From IMG/VR virus record IMGVR_UViG_3300025117_000031, positions 32,001-96,000 of that record: a stretch of 64,000 nt of DNA; one strand, 5' to 3'. The DNA comes from a virus. The translations under genes and the position numbers were made by a program. Positions 35,086 to 44,084 of the stretch are shown piece after piece. Positions within the stretch are counted from its first letter, which is position 1. Each line of letters starts with the position of its first letter. The notes beneath the pieces were generated by a model, which was not told the origin of the DNA, searched no databases, and saw nothing but the letters and a program-made list of their open reading frames with translations.

Positions 35086-36584
35086 TATCCAATATAGGTT
35101 TTTCTATATTTATTGTTTTGAATATTATCTTGAGAATAATAAGAATCCTCTTTGATGTGAGTCGTGGACAATTCTTCTACAACGCAGCCTTTAGGTCCAG
35201 CGACAAACCAGTGCTTAGTATTCGGCTCAATAGTAATCATGTCGCCAACGGATAAACTGTGATTTACATTATCTAGATAAACTCGCAACTCGCCATATAA
35301 AACAAAGAAAGTTTCTTTTTTAACCTTATGAGTATGCTCAGGATGAAGCTGATTTGGTAAGCTTATTAAGTATTTTTTGCAGTATGTATCGTTAATTGCT
35401 GTAAGCATAGACAAACCGTAAGCTTCGAAATTCTCCATTCCGCCATGATGGGAAAGCTCTAGAGCTGCATCTGGAGGAACAACAATATGAGAAGCGAGAA
35501 CCAAATCTCTGATTTTTCTTACGGATGTAAGTATTTGTTCTCTTTCATCTTTATATTCTATATCAGAAAAAAGCAAAGGGGCATTTTTTAAAATAGTTCC
35601 TTTTGTAATTATAGAAGCATACTTTGACATGTCGTTTGCTAAAACTTGGTCTTCCATGTTGGGAAAAGCGTAAAAAACATCATTTCTTGTAATCTTATCC
35701 CCAGCTAAGACATCTCTTTTTAAATAAGCACCCCTCTTAAATGTTCTTAAATCTTTTTGTTCTTTTTCGGAATAAACTCGATTCTTAGAGCCTAAAGAAG
35801 TTTCTGTTTTTGCTGCATTGGTTAACCACCAAGCAATTTGCTGTGGAGTTGAAGAATAAGAATTTGGTAACGATACATATTCTGTTGGCAAAGCAACGTG
35901 TCTCTCGAAGATAGATGCTCCAAGCGCCATAGCAATTGATACAGGAAGAAGATTTTCTGGCTCTTCGTGTGTTGAAAATCCAATTCTTGTAGAATATCTT
36001 TTCTTTAATTCTGAAATTTGATTAAGCTGTAAATCGTTATTAGACGTTGGGTAAGAGCCAACACAATGCATAAGAGACAATTCTTTGCTTCTGTTGGAAA
36101 AGAATGTAAACACCTTATGAATATCTTCGTAGGAAGAGCCAGCCGTTGAAGCAACAATAGGAATGTTTTTTTCTGCTATTGTATTTAACAAAGGCCAATC
36201 TGTCAAAGAACAGCTCGCTATCTTGATATAATCAAACTTCATTTTTTCTATTATATCAACAGAGGCTTCATCAAAGGCGGTACAAATTGTTTTAAACCCG
36301 TGATTTTCTGCTCTTTCTTTCATGTTTCGGAAAGCAGCTTCGGGAAGAAAAGTTTCGTTAAATCTGTTAACATACTTAATATCATTACGGTTTTTATATT
36401 CTGGATGAATAAAAGTCTCAGGGTCTCTCATCTGAAACTTAAAGGCAAAATCAAATTGAGGAAACTGCTTTATGCAAAAAGCGAATGCATCTATTATATC
36501 ATAGCCGTGGCTTACAATGCCCTGATGGTTATTCGCCATTTCAAATATAAACAGTTTTCTTACATCTTCCATTTTGTTCTCCAA
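35070..36584 (-). CDS. NeuB-family PEP-dependent sugar synthase with SAF and C-terminal cupin domains
   Basis: EMANNH.G, KFQ, KIAS, HCVGSYPT, GFSTHE, ERH; cupin HPEHTH..KKETF. Confidence 0.85.
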   Translation of the reverse strand: MENKMEDVRKLFIFEMANNHQGIVSHGYDIIDAFAFCIKQFPQFDFAFKFQMRDPETFIHPEYKNRNDIKYVNRFNETFLPEAAFRNMKERAENHGFKTICTAFDEASVDIIEKMKFDYIKIASCSLTDWPLLNTIAEKNIPIVASTAGSSYEDIHKVFTFFSNRSKELSLMHCVGSYPTSNNDLQLNQISELKKRYSTRIGFSTHEEPENLLPVSIAMALGASIFERHVALPTEYVSLPNSYSSTPQQIAWWLTNAAKTETSLGSKNRVYSEKEQKDLRTFKRGAYLKRDVLAGDKITRNDVFYAFPNMEDQVLANDMSKYASIITKGTILKNAPLLFSDIEYKDEREQILTSVRKIRDLVLASHIVVPPDAALELSHHGGMENFEAYGLSMLTAINDTYCKKYLISLPNQLHPEHTHKVKKETFFVLYGELRVYLDNVNHSLSVGDMITIEPNTKHWFVAGPKGCVVEELSTTHIKEDSYYSQDNIQNNKYRKTYIGYWRNA

Positions 36585-37297
36585 TAGTTTTGGATAATTG
36601 CATCGTAATTAATACCATATTTCCTAATTTTCCATGACGCTTGTTCTGGGTGCCATCTGTAAAAATAACCTAAAAAATCTTGGCAAGGATAAATAAAAAC
36701 ATTGTTATCTGTAAACTTCCCCCACATATCATAATCACCTGCCCCAACATCTTGTAATTTATTAAAATCGTGAGCTTCTCGATTAGTCATTAGCGGCCAA
36801 AGACTTTTGTGATATACAACAGTGGGATTATTCACTGGAGAGCCAATAAGGAATTTTCTTTTAAAGTCTTCTATGTTTTGATAAGAATGTATCATAAAAG
36901 AATGACCGCTACCCTCCACATTAACAGATTGCATTGGGCTTTGCAAACACTTTATAGAGGGGTTTTTATCCAAGAGAAAAGAAATATTTTCTATATATTC
37001 CGAACTAACATAATCATCCGAACTGACAAAAGTAATAAAATCTGTATCAGAATTTTCAAAGGAATAAATAAGGGCTTCCATATATCCGTTGGGGTATATG
37101 TTTGGCAGGCTCACTACTTCCAGCCTGGAGTCCTTTAAGGTTTTTAAATATTCGTAAGTTCCATCTGTACTTTCGTTGTCGGCAGCTAAGATTTTTAAGT
37201 TATCATACTCTTGAGCTAAGATCGACTCAACACATTGTTTTATCCACTTAATAGAGTTAAAACTTGGAATTACGGCTGTTATTGAGTTCATTTCCAA
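36560..37297 (-). CDS. glycosyltransferase family 2
   Basis: VIPSFN, DNESTDGT, SSDD, DYD. Confidence 0.88.
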   Translation of the reverse strand: MEMNSITAVIPSFNSIKWIKQCVESILAQEYDNLKILAADNESTDGTYEYLKTLKDSRLEVVSLPNIYPNGYMEALIYSFENSDTDFITFVSSDDYVSSEYIENISFLLDKNPSIKCLQSPMQSVNVEGSGHSFMIHSYQNIEDFKRKFLIGSPVNNPTVVYHKSLWPLMTNREAHDFNKLQDVGAGDYDMWGKFTDNNVFIYPCQDFLGYFYRWHPEQASWKIRKYGINYDAIIQNYWRTKWKM

Positions 37298-37581
37298 TCC
37301 TTTACGTTAATCGCCTTATCGTCAATAAAAACATCGTAATAGGGTTTATTAAACTTTAGCTTCGTATACTTCACTCCCCAATATTTTAGTTGATTTTTTG
37401 TAACCTCTTGCCAGTTAATTCCCGTTAAAACTCCTCTAGATGTCCAAAAAACAATAGTGTTTCCTTCTTCGTACAGTTTGTTGACTTTTTTTATGTTTGT
37501 CTTTATCGGAGAGCTTTTGCTGTAGTCCCCGTTTTTGGGAGATTTGCATATTGTTTTGTCAATATCTATATAGATTATCAT
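37288..37581 (-). CDS. small HAD-like phosphatase (capsule-biosynthesis type)
   Basis: DIDKTI, WTSRG, KP.YD.FIDDKA. Confidence 0.8.
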   Translation of the reverse strand: MIIYIDIDKTICKSPKNGDYSKSSPIKTNIKKVNKLYEEGNTIVFWTSRGVLTGINWQEVTKNQLKYWGVKYTKLKFNKPYYDVFIDDKAINVKDWK

Positions 37582-38474
37582 AATGATAAAAACTTCTTTA
37601 CACGGCAAGTGTAAGTATGATTTTCTAGAACATTCTTTTTATTTTCTTGTTTGATTTCAAGCAGATTGGAGTCTGACATAAAACAATACTCTCTTGCATA
37701 GTCAATTAGCTGTTCCGTATTCCTAGAGGTTTTCACATCAGGGAAGAGACGTATAAGTTGTTTAATAGAATCACTTATCAATATTCCGTTAGCCCCAAGA
37801 GATTTAAAAGTTCTTTCATTTGTGTCAAATCCTAAAACTCTCTGATAAGCATCATGAACATTCAAAGCTACTTTGGAAGATTGTAATATGTAGTTTTCAT
37901 CATAGTTAGGAATATTTTGACCAATAAAAATACCACATCTAAGACCAGAGCTTTCAAATCTCTGCTTAACCTCTTTTAAAATATGCCTTTTTTCATCAAA
38001 GCCATTATTTGCCCATCCTCCAACAAAACAAACATCTAAATTATATTCTTCAACATCTAAACTTCGATAATTGATGTTATCAAAGGCTAGTGGAACTGTG
38101 TGTAATGGACTTCCCCAATTTCCATGGTAACTAAAATCGTCTCCGAAGCTCCATTTTACTAAATTTGGTAAATCTTTAATTTTATTAATTAAATCGACAG
38201 AGCAGGCAGAAATAAAATTAGGATGTCTTCCCCATGGCATATAAAAAGAAACAGGTTGTACAAAAAGAAAAGTCTTTCTGGAATTTTCTAAAGTACAAAT
38301 TGCAGATTCTTTCACATCTCCGTCTACAGCCATTAGATAATAATCTTTATCTTTTATGTCTTCGAGATTTTTGTATAAGCAAACCTCATAGCCCAAAGAT
38401 TTCCAAGCATTAGCATATCCTTCATAGATCCACAGTCCTGCACCAAGAGTAGGAACTTTAATATACACCTTCAT
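37578..38474 (-). CDS. glycosyltransferase (CgeB/GT1_2-like)
   Basis: FVGG, SKVALN, NERTF, HTY..R. Confidence 0.8.
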   Translation of the reverse strand: MKVYIKVPTLGAGLWIYEGYANAWKSLGYEVCLYKNLEDIKDKDYYLMAVDGDVKESAICTLENSRKTFLFVQPVSFYMPWGRHPNFISACSVDLINKIKDLPNLVKWSFGDDFSYHGNWGSPLHTVPLAFDNINYRSLDVEEYNLDVCFVGGWANNGFDEKRHILKEVKQRFESSGLRCGIFIGQNIPNYDENYILQSSKVALNVHDAYQRVLGFDTNERTFKSLGANGILISDSIKQLIRLFPDVKTSRNTEQLIDYAREYCFMSDSNLLEIKQENKKNVLENHTYTCRVKKFLSL

Positions 38475-39389
38475 TTAAATTCTTTCTATCTGTCTCAAGA
38501 GAGACTTTAATCGAATTGTCGATTCGTGTTCTTTCATAAACCGTTGTTGTCCTGCAGTAGATATTTCTTTTATAAGTGATGGATTTTTCCCAAGAAAACT
38601 GATTTTATCGAATAGTTCTTCTTCCGTCTTAAATGTAAGTATTTCCTTTTCCAAATCATAAAGTTCTTCCAATCCAGGAGTGTATTCTGTTAATAGCAAA
38701 CTGCCAACAGCCGGAACCTCCATCATTCGAAGTTTCATTTGAGTCTTTTTAAGCGGATCGTTTTCGTTTATAGAGAAATTCAATCCACAAGCTGAAGAAG
38801 AATAAAAAAACATCATATCTTCGTAAGTTGTTCCATATATAACATTGAAATTAATTGATTTTTCTTGTAATTTTCTAAAGAAATTATCTCGTTGCTGGTT
38901 GATGTGGCCACAAAACCCTAAGAATCTTTCTTTCTTACATCTAACGCTAAAATCTGAACTTGTGTGCCACAGTCCTAAAAGAATGTTGTCATAGCCTAAA
39001 TCTTTATATTTCTGCACATATGAAGGTTCTGGAGTAGAACAACAAGTAAATTTCCAGCATTGACGAGAAGAAAAAGAATCAAATCTCCAAGTATCGTCAC
39101 AAAACCAATTGAAGGTTTTTATTTTACCTTGTATTGTAATGAACTCAATGGTTTCTAATTGTTCATATGGAGTAACAGAAAGATCTCCAGTAATACAAGA
39201 AAAAATTAAGTCTGGTTTAAATTCATCAACAACCTTTTCTAAGCTTTTCTCTTCTGGGTCAACAGTATCATAAAAATACACTTCGTGACCAAGCTTCAAA
39301 AGAGGGATGTAAGTGCTATAATACCCTGAATCTAATCTAATTAGGTTTCCTCTTCTGAGATATTTATTCGTTGCTAACAATATCTTCAT
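38475..39389 (-). CDS. glycosyltransferase (CgeB/GT1_2-like)
   Basis: WF.DD.WR, F.G, K.R..E.P..G.LLLTE, H....R. Confidence 0.83.
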   Translation of the reverse strand: MKILLATNKYLRRGNLIRLDSGYYSTYIPLLKLGHEVYFYDTVDPEEKSLEKVVDEFKPDLIFSCITGDLSVTPYEQLETIEFITIQGKIKTFNWFCDDTWRFDSFSSRQCWKFTCCSTPEPSYVQKYKDLGYDNILLGLWHTSSDFSVRCKKERFLGFCGHINQQRDNFFRKLQEKSINFNVIYGTTYEDMMFFYSSSACGLNFSINENDPLKKTQMKLRMMEVPAVGSLLLTEYTPGLEELYDLEKEILTFKTEEELFDKISFLGKNPSLIKEISTAGQQRFMKEHESTIRLKSLLRQIERI

Positions 39390-40231
39390 TATAGTTCTTT
39401 CTTAAAAAGAGAAATCGCATATTCTTTTTTGTTCTTCATTTCTTGAATTATTTCTTCTGGTTGTTTTATGTACCAAGGTTCATAAATTGCGCCTATGTTT
39501 TCATTCAAGAAGGGAACAACTCCCAACATCTTCGCTTCAACAACGACTCTAGAAAGAGTTTCTGGAGTTTTAGGCAAAAACATTAAATATTTATTCCAAG
39601 AGATTCTGATAAGTAAGTCAGACCAAGCACAAGGCTTTATAAGAACAATAGGTTCTCCTTTATTCATGCACCTGTCAATTGCCTCGTTAGTGTTTTTGTG
39701 GGCAATAGGAGAAATTAAAATAGATGTCGCCTCTTTCTTTTTATGTATTGGAAACTGTTCGTTTAAACTCTCAATCACTTCGAAAGCGGCATCGTGCCAC
39801 AGATTTCCGCCCAACACAACAAAATTAGACAAATTTAAGTTTTTGTAGATAATGTTTCTTTGAAAAGTCGACTGGCATAGAACAAAAGCGGCGTTCTTAT
39901 AGAATTCTAAATTAATAATATCTTTTGCTGGAACTATGAAATCTTTGTAAAGAGCTGGGTTCCTACTTTGGAGGAACTTGTAATCATGTTCGATAATAAA
40001 GTATTTACAAGGAACATTAATTTTGTCTTCTTCTGTAAGAAGAGCGAAATTGCCAAAAATGATACGGTCATAAGGGGTAAGAGAAGATTTAATTCCCGAA
40101 TAGGAGGAGGATTTTATTTTCTCTACAGAATACCCTGAATTTCTCAGTTCCTCAATTAGAACATCATTCGAGGCTTCTCCGCCACCGGGGTATTCTTCAT
40201 AAAAAATATCTGCTACAAAATATATGTTCAT
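39389..40231 (-). CDS. GT-B glycosyltransferase-like protein
   Basis: GGGE near the N-terminus; PETLSRVVVEAKMLG (E-X7-E). Confidence 0.7.
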   Translation of the reverse strand: MNIYFVADIFYEEYPGGGEASNDVLIEELRNSGYSVEKIKSSSYSGIKSSLTPYDRIIFGNFALLTEEDKINVPCKYFIIEHDYKFLQSRNPALYKDFIVPAKDIINLEFYKNAAFVLCQSTFQRNIIYKNLNLSNFVVLGGNLWHDAAFEVIESLNEQFPIHKKKEATSILISPIAHKNTNEAIDRCMNKGEPIVLIKPCAWSDLLIRISWNKYLMFLPKTPETLSRVVVEAKMLGVVPFLNENIGAIYEPWYIKQPEEIIQEMKNKKEYAISLFKKEL

Positions 40232-42390
40232 TTTTTTAAAGCCTTTTCTACCATTTCACCGACTAATTCTTCAAAAGAAATCTCCGGATACCATCCGAGC
40301 TTATTGTGAGCTTTTGTACTGTTGCCAATTAAAACATGAACTTCTGCAGGACGATAAAACTTTGGGTCAATCCTAATGTGTTCTTCGTAGTTTAATCCAA
40401 CGCAGTTAAAGGCTTCTTTACAAAAATCACGAACAGAATAACAAGTCTCAGAAGAGATAATGTATTCTTCTGGAGTCTCTTGTTGAAGCATCAAATACAT
40501 TGCCCGAATGCAGTCCTTCGCGTGACTCCAATCTCTTTTAGCTTCAAGATTGCCAAGATACAAAAAATCTTGTTCATTGTTAGATATCTTTGCAACTGCT
40601 TGTGCAATTTTCTGAGTAACAAAATAAGGTCCGCGACGTTTCGATTCGTGGTTCATCAATATGCCCGAACAGGCAAACATATTATAAGATTCTCTATAAT
40701 TTATAGTAAGATAGTGACCATAAACTTTAGCTACACCATAGGGAGAGCGGGGATGAAATGGAGAATTTTCGTCATATGGAACACCGCCAGATAATCCTCC
40801 GAGCATTTCGCTGGTTGAATTTCCGCTTATTGCTGTTTTGCCGTTTCTTTCAATTAAGAAGTTATGATTATCTTTTATTTCCAAGCACCACACGTTTCCT
40901 TTATATTCAACCTCAGAGATCATATAAGAGTACAACTTGTTCTTTGGAGAAAAACTAACATTAATGTAAAATGCTTCTTTTGTAGATTTTATTTCCCGTA
41001 CTTTGTCTCCTTCTTTTATATAACTTTTCGTTAATCCAACGTTCTTAATAGAAGGATGATACCCGCATTTTTTTATAAGAAATAAAAGTTGTGAAGCCAA
41101 AATACTTGATACTGTGGTGATAGAAGCCCTTTCCCCAGACTTAGTTTTTCTTTCCGAACCATCTGAGTCTATTACTCCTTGCAATAGGGCTCTTAAATTA
41201 CCGACGGAATAAGAAAAGGCAAAATCTGGTATTTGTTTTTCATAAACATTTTTCCCGCATAAAGAAAATATTTTCGAAAGAGGCAAGCTGGTTAAAGTTA
41301 TTGTCATTTTTTGTTTTGAATATTCTAGCTTGTTCTTATCTAAAATTTTCAATAAAGAACTTCTGGCGGGATCTTTTTCGGGTATCGCAAAAAGAATGGT
41401 ATGAGAAGTTAAATATCTTTCTCCAGTGGTCGGAGGAGTCCCTTCAAAATTAAATTCAGCCGTGTAACGACCTGTTTTTTTATCTCTTCTTTTTTCATTT
41501 TCTTTAAATGGATAACTTCTTAGTTTTTTACCAGAAGCCTTATATCCGTCTCCAATATATAAACCAAGTAAATAAAAAAGGTCTTTTGAAGGCAAAGAAG
41601 TGATCAAATTCTTATGAAAACAATTTGGTACAGAGAGTTCTTGTAATGGTACGAGATCAGATAATTTAATATTTTCCTTTTTATCTTCCAACTGTGGAGT
41701 AATAAAGGGCATGCTTAGATGACTTTTTCTTTCAAAAGAAAAAAGATTCTTTATATTTTCTGCTCTACAACTAACAATGTTATTATTGTCATCTTTAAGG
41801 ATTACTCTGTGGTTTGGTGTAATTAGTTGTGAAATTCTTTTCCCCTCTAAAGAAATCATCTTTCCATCATAGGGAAATTTATATATTTTTAGTATTTGTT
41901 TTTTTTCCATTTGATGAGTTTGTTCATTAAAAGAAAAAACATCGTCTCCAACTTTTAATTCGGTGAACGGCTTTATCCCCGAAGGGGTTACAACGTTGGT
42001 TTTTTCGTCATGACACGCTTGATAGAACTTAGTTTTTTTCTCGTTACCACTTTGTCTGATGGACTCCAAACAATTCAGAACACCAGCCCCTGTGGCACTT
42101 AAGGTATGAAATGGTTCTTTAAAAGATGTTCCAACTTCTGATTGGGCGGCAAGATTATACATCTCATCGGGAGAAATGGACTTAACAAGAGAAATCATTG
42201 AAGATAAATCTGTTACATCCCCCTCAACAATTTCAAAATTCTTTTCCCCAACAAGATGAGACACATTTCCAAGACCATTCGAACTGGTTCTTCTTTTTAA
42301 TCCATAAACTTTATAGTCTTTTTCTAAAAGAAGTTCTGAGAGGTAGGAACCATCTTGTCCTGTTACTCCGGTAATCAAAGCCTTTTTCAT
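40228..42390 (-). CDS. gmd: GDP-mannose 4,6-dehydratase with intein
   Basis: ALITGVTGQDGSYL, NLAAQS.V, FYQA|STSE split by the intein, PRSPYGVAK, NHES..RG..FVT.KI, LGNL.AKRDW. Confidence 0.95.
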   Translation of the reverse strand: MKKALITGVTGQDGSYLSELLLEKDYKVYGLKRRTSSNGLGNVSHLVGEKNFEIVEGDVTDLSSMISLVKSISPDEMYNLAAQSEVGTSFKEPFHTLSATGAGVLNCLESIRQSGNEKKTKFYQACHDEKTNVVTPSGIKPFTELKVGDDVFSFNEQTHQMEKKQILKIYKFPYDGKMISLEGKRISQLITPNHRVILKDDNNNIVSCRAENIKNLFSFERKSHLSMPFITPQLEDKKENIKLSDLVPLQELSVPNCFHKNLITSLPSKDLFYLLGLYIGDGYKASGKKLRSYPFKENEKRRDKKTGRYTAEFNFEGTPPTTGERYLTSHTILFAIPEKDPARSSLLKILDKNKLEYSKQKMTITLTSLPLSKIFSLCGKNVYEKQIPDFAFSYSVGNLRALLQGVIDSDGSERKTKSGERASITTVSSILASQLLFLIKKCGYHPSIKNVGLTKSYIKEGDKVREIKSTKEAFYINVSFSPKNKLYSYMISEVEYKGNVWCLEIKDNHNFLIERNGKTAISGNSTSEMLGGLSGGVPYDENSPFHPRSPYGVAKVYGHYLTINYRESYNMFACSGILMNHESKRRGPYFVTQKIAQAVAKISNNEQDFLYLGNLEAKRDWSHAKDCIRAMYLMLQQETPEEYIISSETCYSVRDFCKEAFNCVGLNYEEHIRIDPKFYRPAEVHVLIGNSTKAHNKLGWYPEISFEELVGEMVEKALKK
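40819..42015 (-). other. 399-aa intein with LAGLIDADG endonuclease, in Gmd
   Basis: Starts CHDEKT, block B ITPNH, LLGLYIGDG and LQGVIDSDG, ends VWCLEI.DNHNF...ISGN before Ser. Confidence 0.92.
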
Positions 42391-42659
42391 TTTGTCTCCA
42401 TATGTTATATATATAACGACTTCAGCTGCTTCTGCCTCAACTTCTATTTAAAAGAGAAAAAATCCTCGACAGAGGTCTCGGCAATGTCTTTTCTTCTAAC
42501 GAAGAAAATATAACATCGACAGAAGTCGTTTTAATTCTATCATATTTTTGATGAAACTTAGACAAGAAAAAGAAAAAAGATATAACATGTTGAAAAGATG
42601 AAGAAAAACAGTAGAAGAAAGAAAGATGTAACATATATATAATATATATTACCAAGAGA

Positions 42660-44043
42660 TTTGGAACTTAAACTGTTAACCTCTCAGTTAAAAGAATTTA
42701 AATCTTCTCTTCTTATTAAGAACAACGAATTTACAAAAAAATCAACACATTCTACTTCGTGTGTTATATTTATAATGTGTCGAAACGTCATTCTACAACT
42801 TCTGAAAAAAGCCTCCCTATAACTATCCTCAGCCAACGTATTCGGCTCGTTCCAAATAACATCCAAACAACCTTTTTCGAACGTTGTGCCGGTGCGTCTC
42901 GTTTTGTCTACAACTGGGGATTGGGCCGTTGGAAAACTCAATACGAAGCTGGGGGGAAGCCCTCTTGGATTAGCCTTAACTCCGAGTTGAATGCCTGCAA
43001 AAACACCGAATTTCCTTGGATGGCAAAATTGCCGTGGGCTGTTGCTGCAACGGCATTGTCCAATCTCGGCAATGCTTTCTCCAACTTCTTTCGTCGTGTT
43101 AAGTCTGGCCAAAAGCCCGGTTATCCCCGTTTCAAGTCGAAGAAGCGGAACAAAGCAGCCTTTGCCATCGAGGGACGAGCCCTTCAGTTTGACGGCAGAA
43201 GAGTCAAACTCCCCAAGCTTGGTTGGGTCCGCACCCGACAAGAGGTAAGATTTCCTGGTAAAATCCTGTCCGCTCACTTCACGAAACATGCCGGTCATTG
43301 GTACGTCTCGATTCAAGTTCAAGTCTCCGACTCCTGGTCCTATCCCCATCGCTGCGAAACCCAAGAAGCGGTTGGAGTGGACCTTGGGCTCCGAGACCTT
43401 GCCGTGCTCTCCACGGGAGAACGGGTCGGGGCTCCACGCATTCTGCGTGCTCATGAAACCCGACTGCGACGACTCAACAAGGAAATGTCTCGTCGCGTCA
43501 TAGGAGGGAAGAATTGGCAGAAGACCAAAATGAAGCTTGGTCGGCTGCATGAACGGATTTCCAACATCCGCAAAGACGTAACGCATAAGCTTACCGCTCG
43601 GCTGGTCCGAGACTTTCGTCGGATTGGAATCGAGGACTTGAACGTCAAGGGGATGATGGCAAATCACCATCTTGCAAAGTCGGTTGCAGATGCTGCCTTG
43701 TCGGAAATCAGGCGTCAGCTCACGTATAAGGCTCCGCTTGCCGGCAGCGAAATCATCGTTGCTGACCGCTGGTTCCCTTCTTCCAAGCTGTGTTCCGACT
43801 GCGGAACAAGACGAGAAGGACCGTTGCCCTTGTCCATCCGAGAATGGGTTTGTGAGGCTTGTGGGGTTGTCCACGACCGAGACATCAACGCAGCCATTAA
43901 TCTTAGAACCGCCGCCCTGGCGGGGATAGCCTGCTGCCAAGAAAGCTCTGGTTCTGGTCTTGCGACCAAAACGAAACTTTCTCTTGGGCAGGAATTGAGC
44001 AACCGTGTTAACTAATGGGTTCATGGTTTAAGTCTCGAAGGGG
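42660..44043 (+). mobile_element. tnpB-only insertion element, full-length copy A
   Basis: GC-richer than the flanks; right end ...gttaactaatgggttcatggtttaagtctcgaagggg shared with three other copies; left end is a degenerate inverted repeat, so the left boundary is approximate. Confidence 0.85.
42777..44015 (+). CDS. tnpB: TnpB RNA-guided endonuclease
   Basis: N-terminal G.SRFVYN.GL, YPRFKSK; RuvC VGVDLG, IEDL, DRDINAAINL; zinc finger CSDC..CEAC; GTG 42777 corresponds to ATG in the MITEs. Confidence 0.95.
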   Translation: MSKRHSTTSEKSLPITILSQRIRLVPNNIQTTFFERCAGASRFVYNWGLGRWKTQYEAGGKPSWISLNSELNACKNTEFPWMAKLPWAVAATALSNLGNAFSNFFRRVKSGQKPGYPRFKSKKRNKAAFAIEGRALQFDGRRVKLPKLGWVRTRQEVRFPGKILSAHFTKHAGHWYVSIQVQVSDSWSYPHRCETQEAVGVDLGLRDLAVLSTGERVGAPRILRAHETRLRRLNKEMSRRVIGGKNWQKTKMKLGRLHERISNIRKDVTHKLTARLVRDFRRIGIEDLNVKGMMANHHLAKSVADAALSEIRRQLTYKAPLAGSEIIVADRWFPSSKLCSDCGTRREGPLPLSIREWVCEACGVVHDRDINAAINLRTAALAGIACCQESSGSGLATKTKLSLGQELSNRVN

Positions 44044-44084
44044 AACTATAACACAAGCCTAATTAGTGTAAGAGGAAAAGATCG

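Noticed and set aside
42391-42660. Replication origin at the strand switch
   Set aside because: AT-rich with a TA palindrome, but no iterons or other support; a divergent promoter region explains it equally well.
42684-44024. 446-aa minus-strand ORF
   Set aside because: Antisense to tnpB in GC-richer DNA with few stop codons; no independent motifs.
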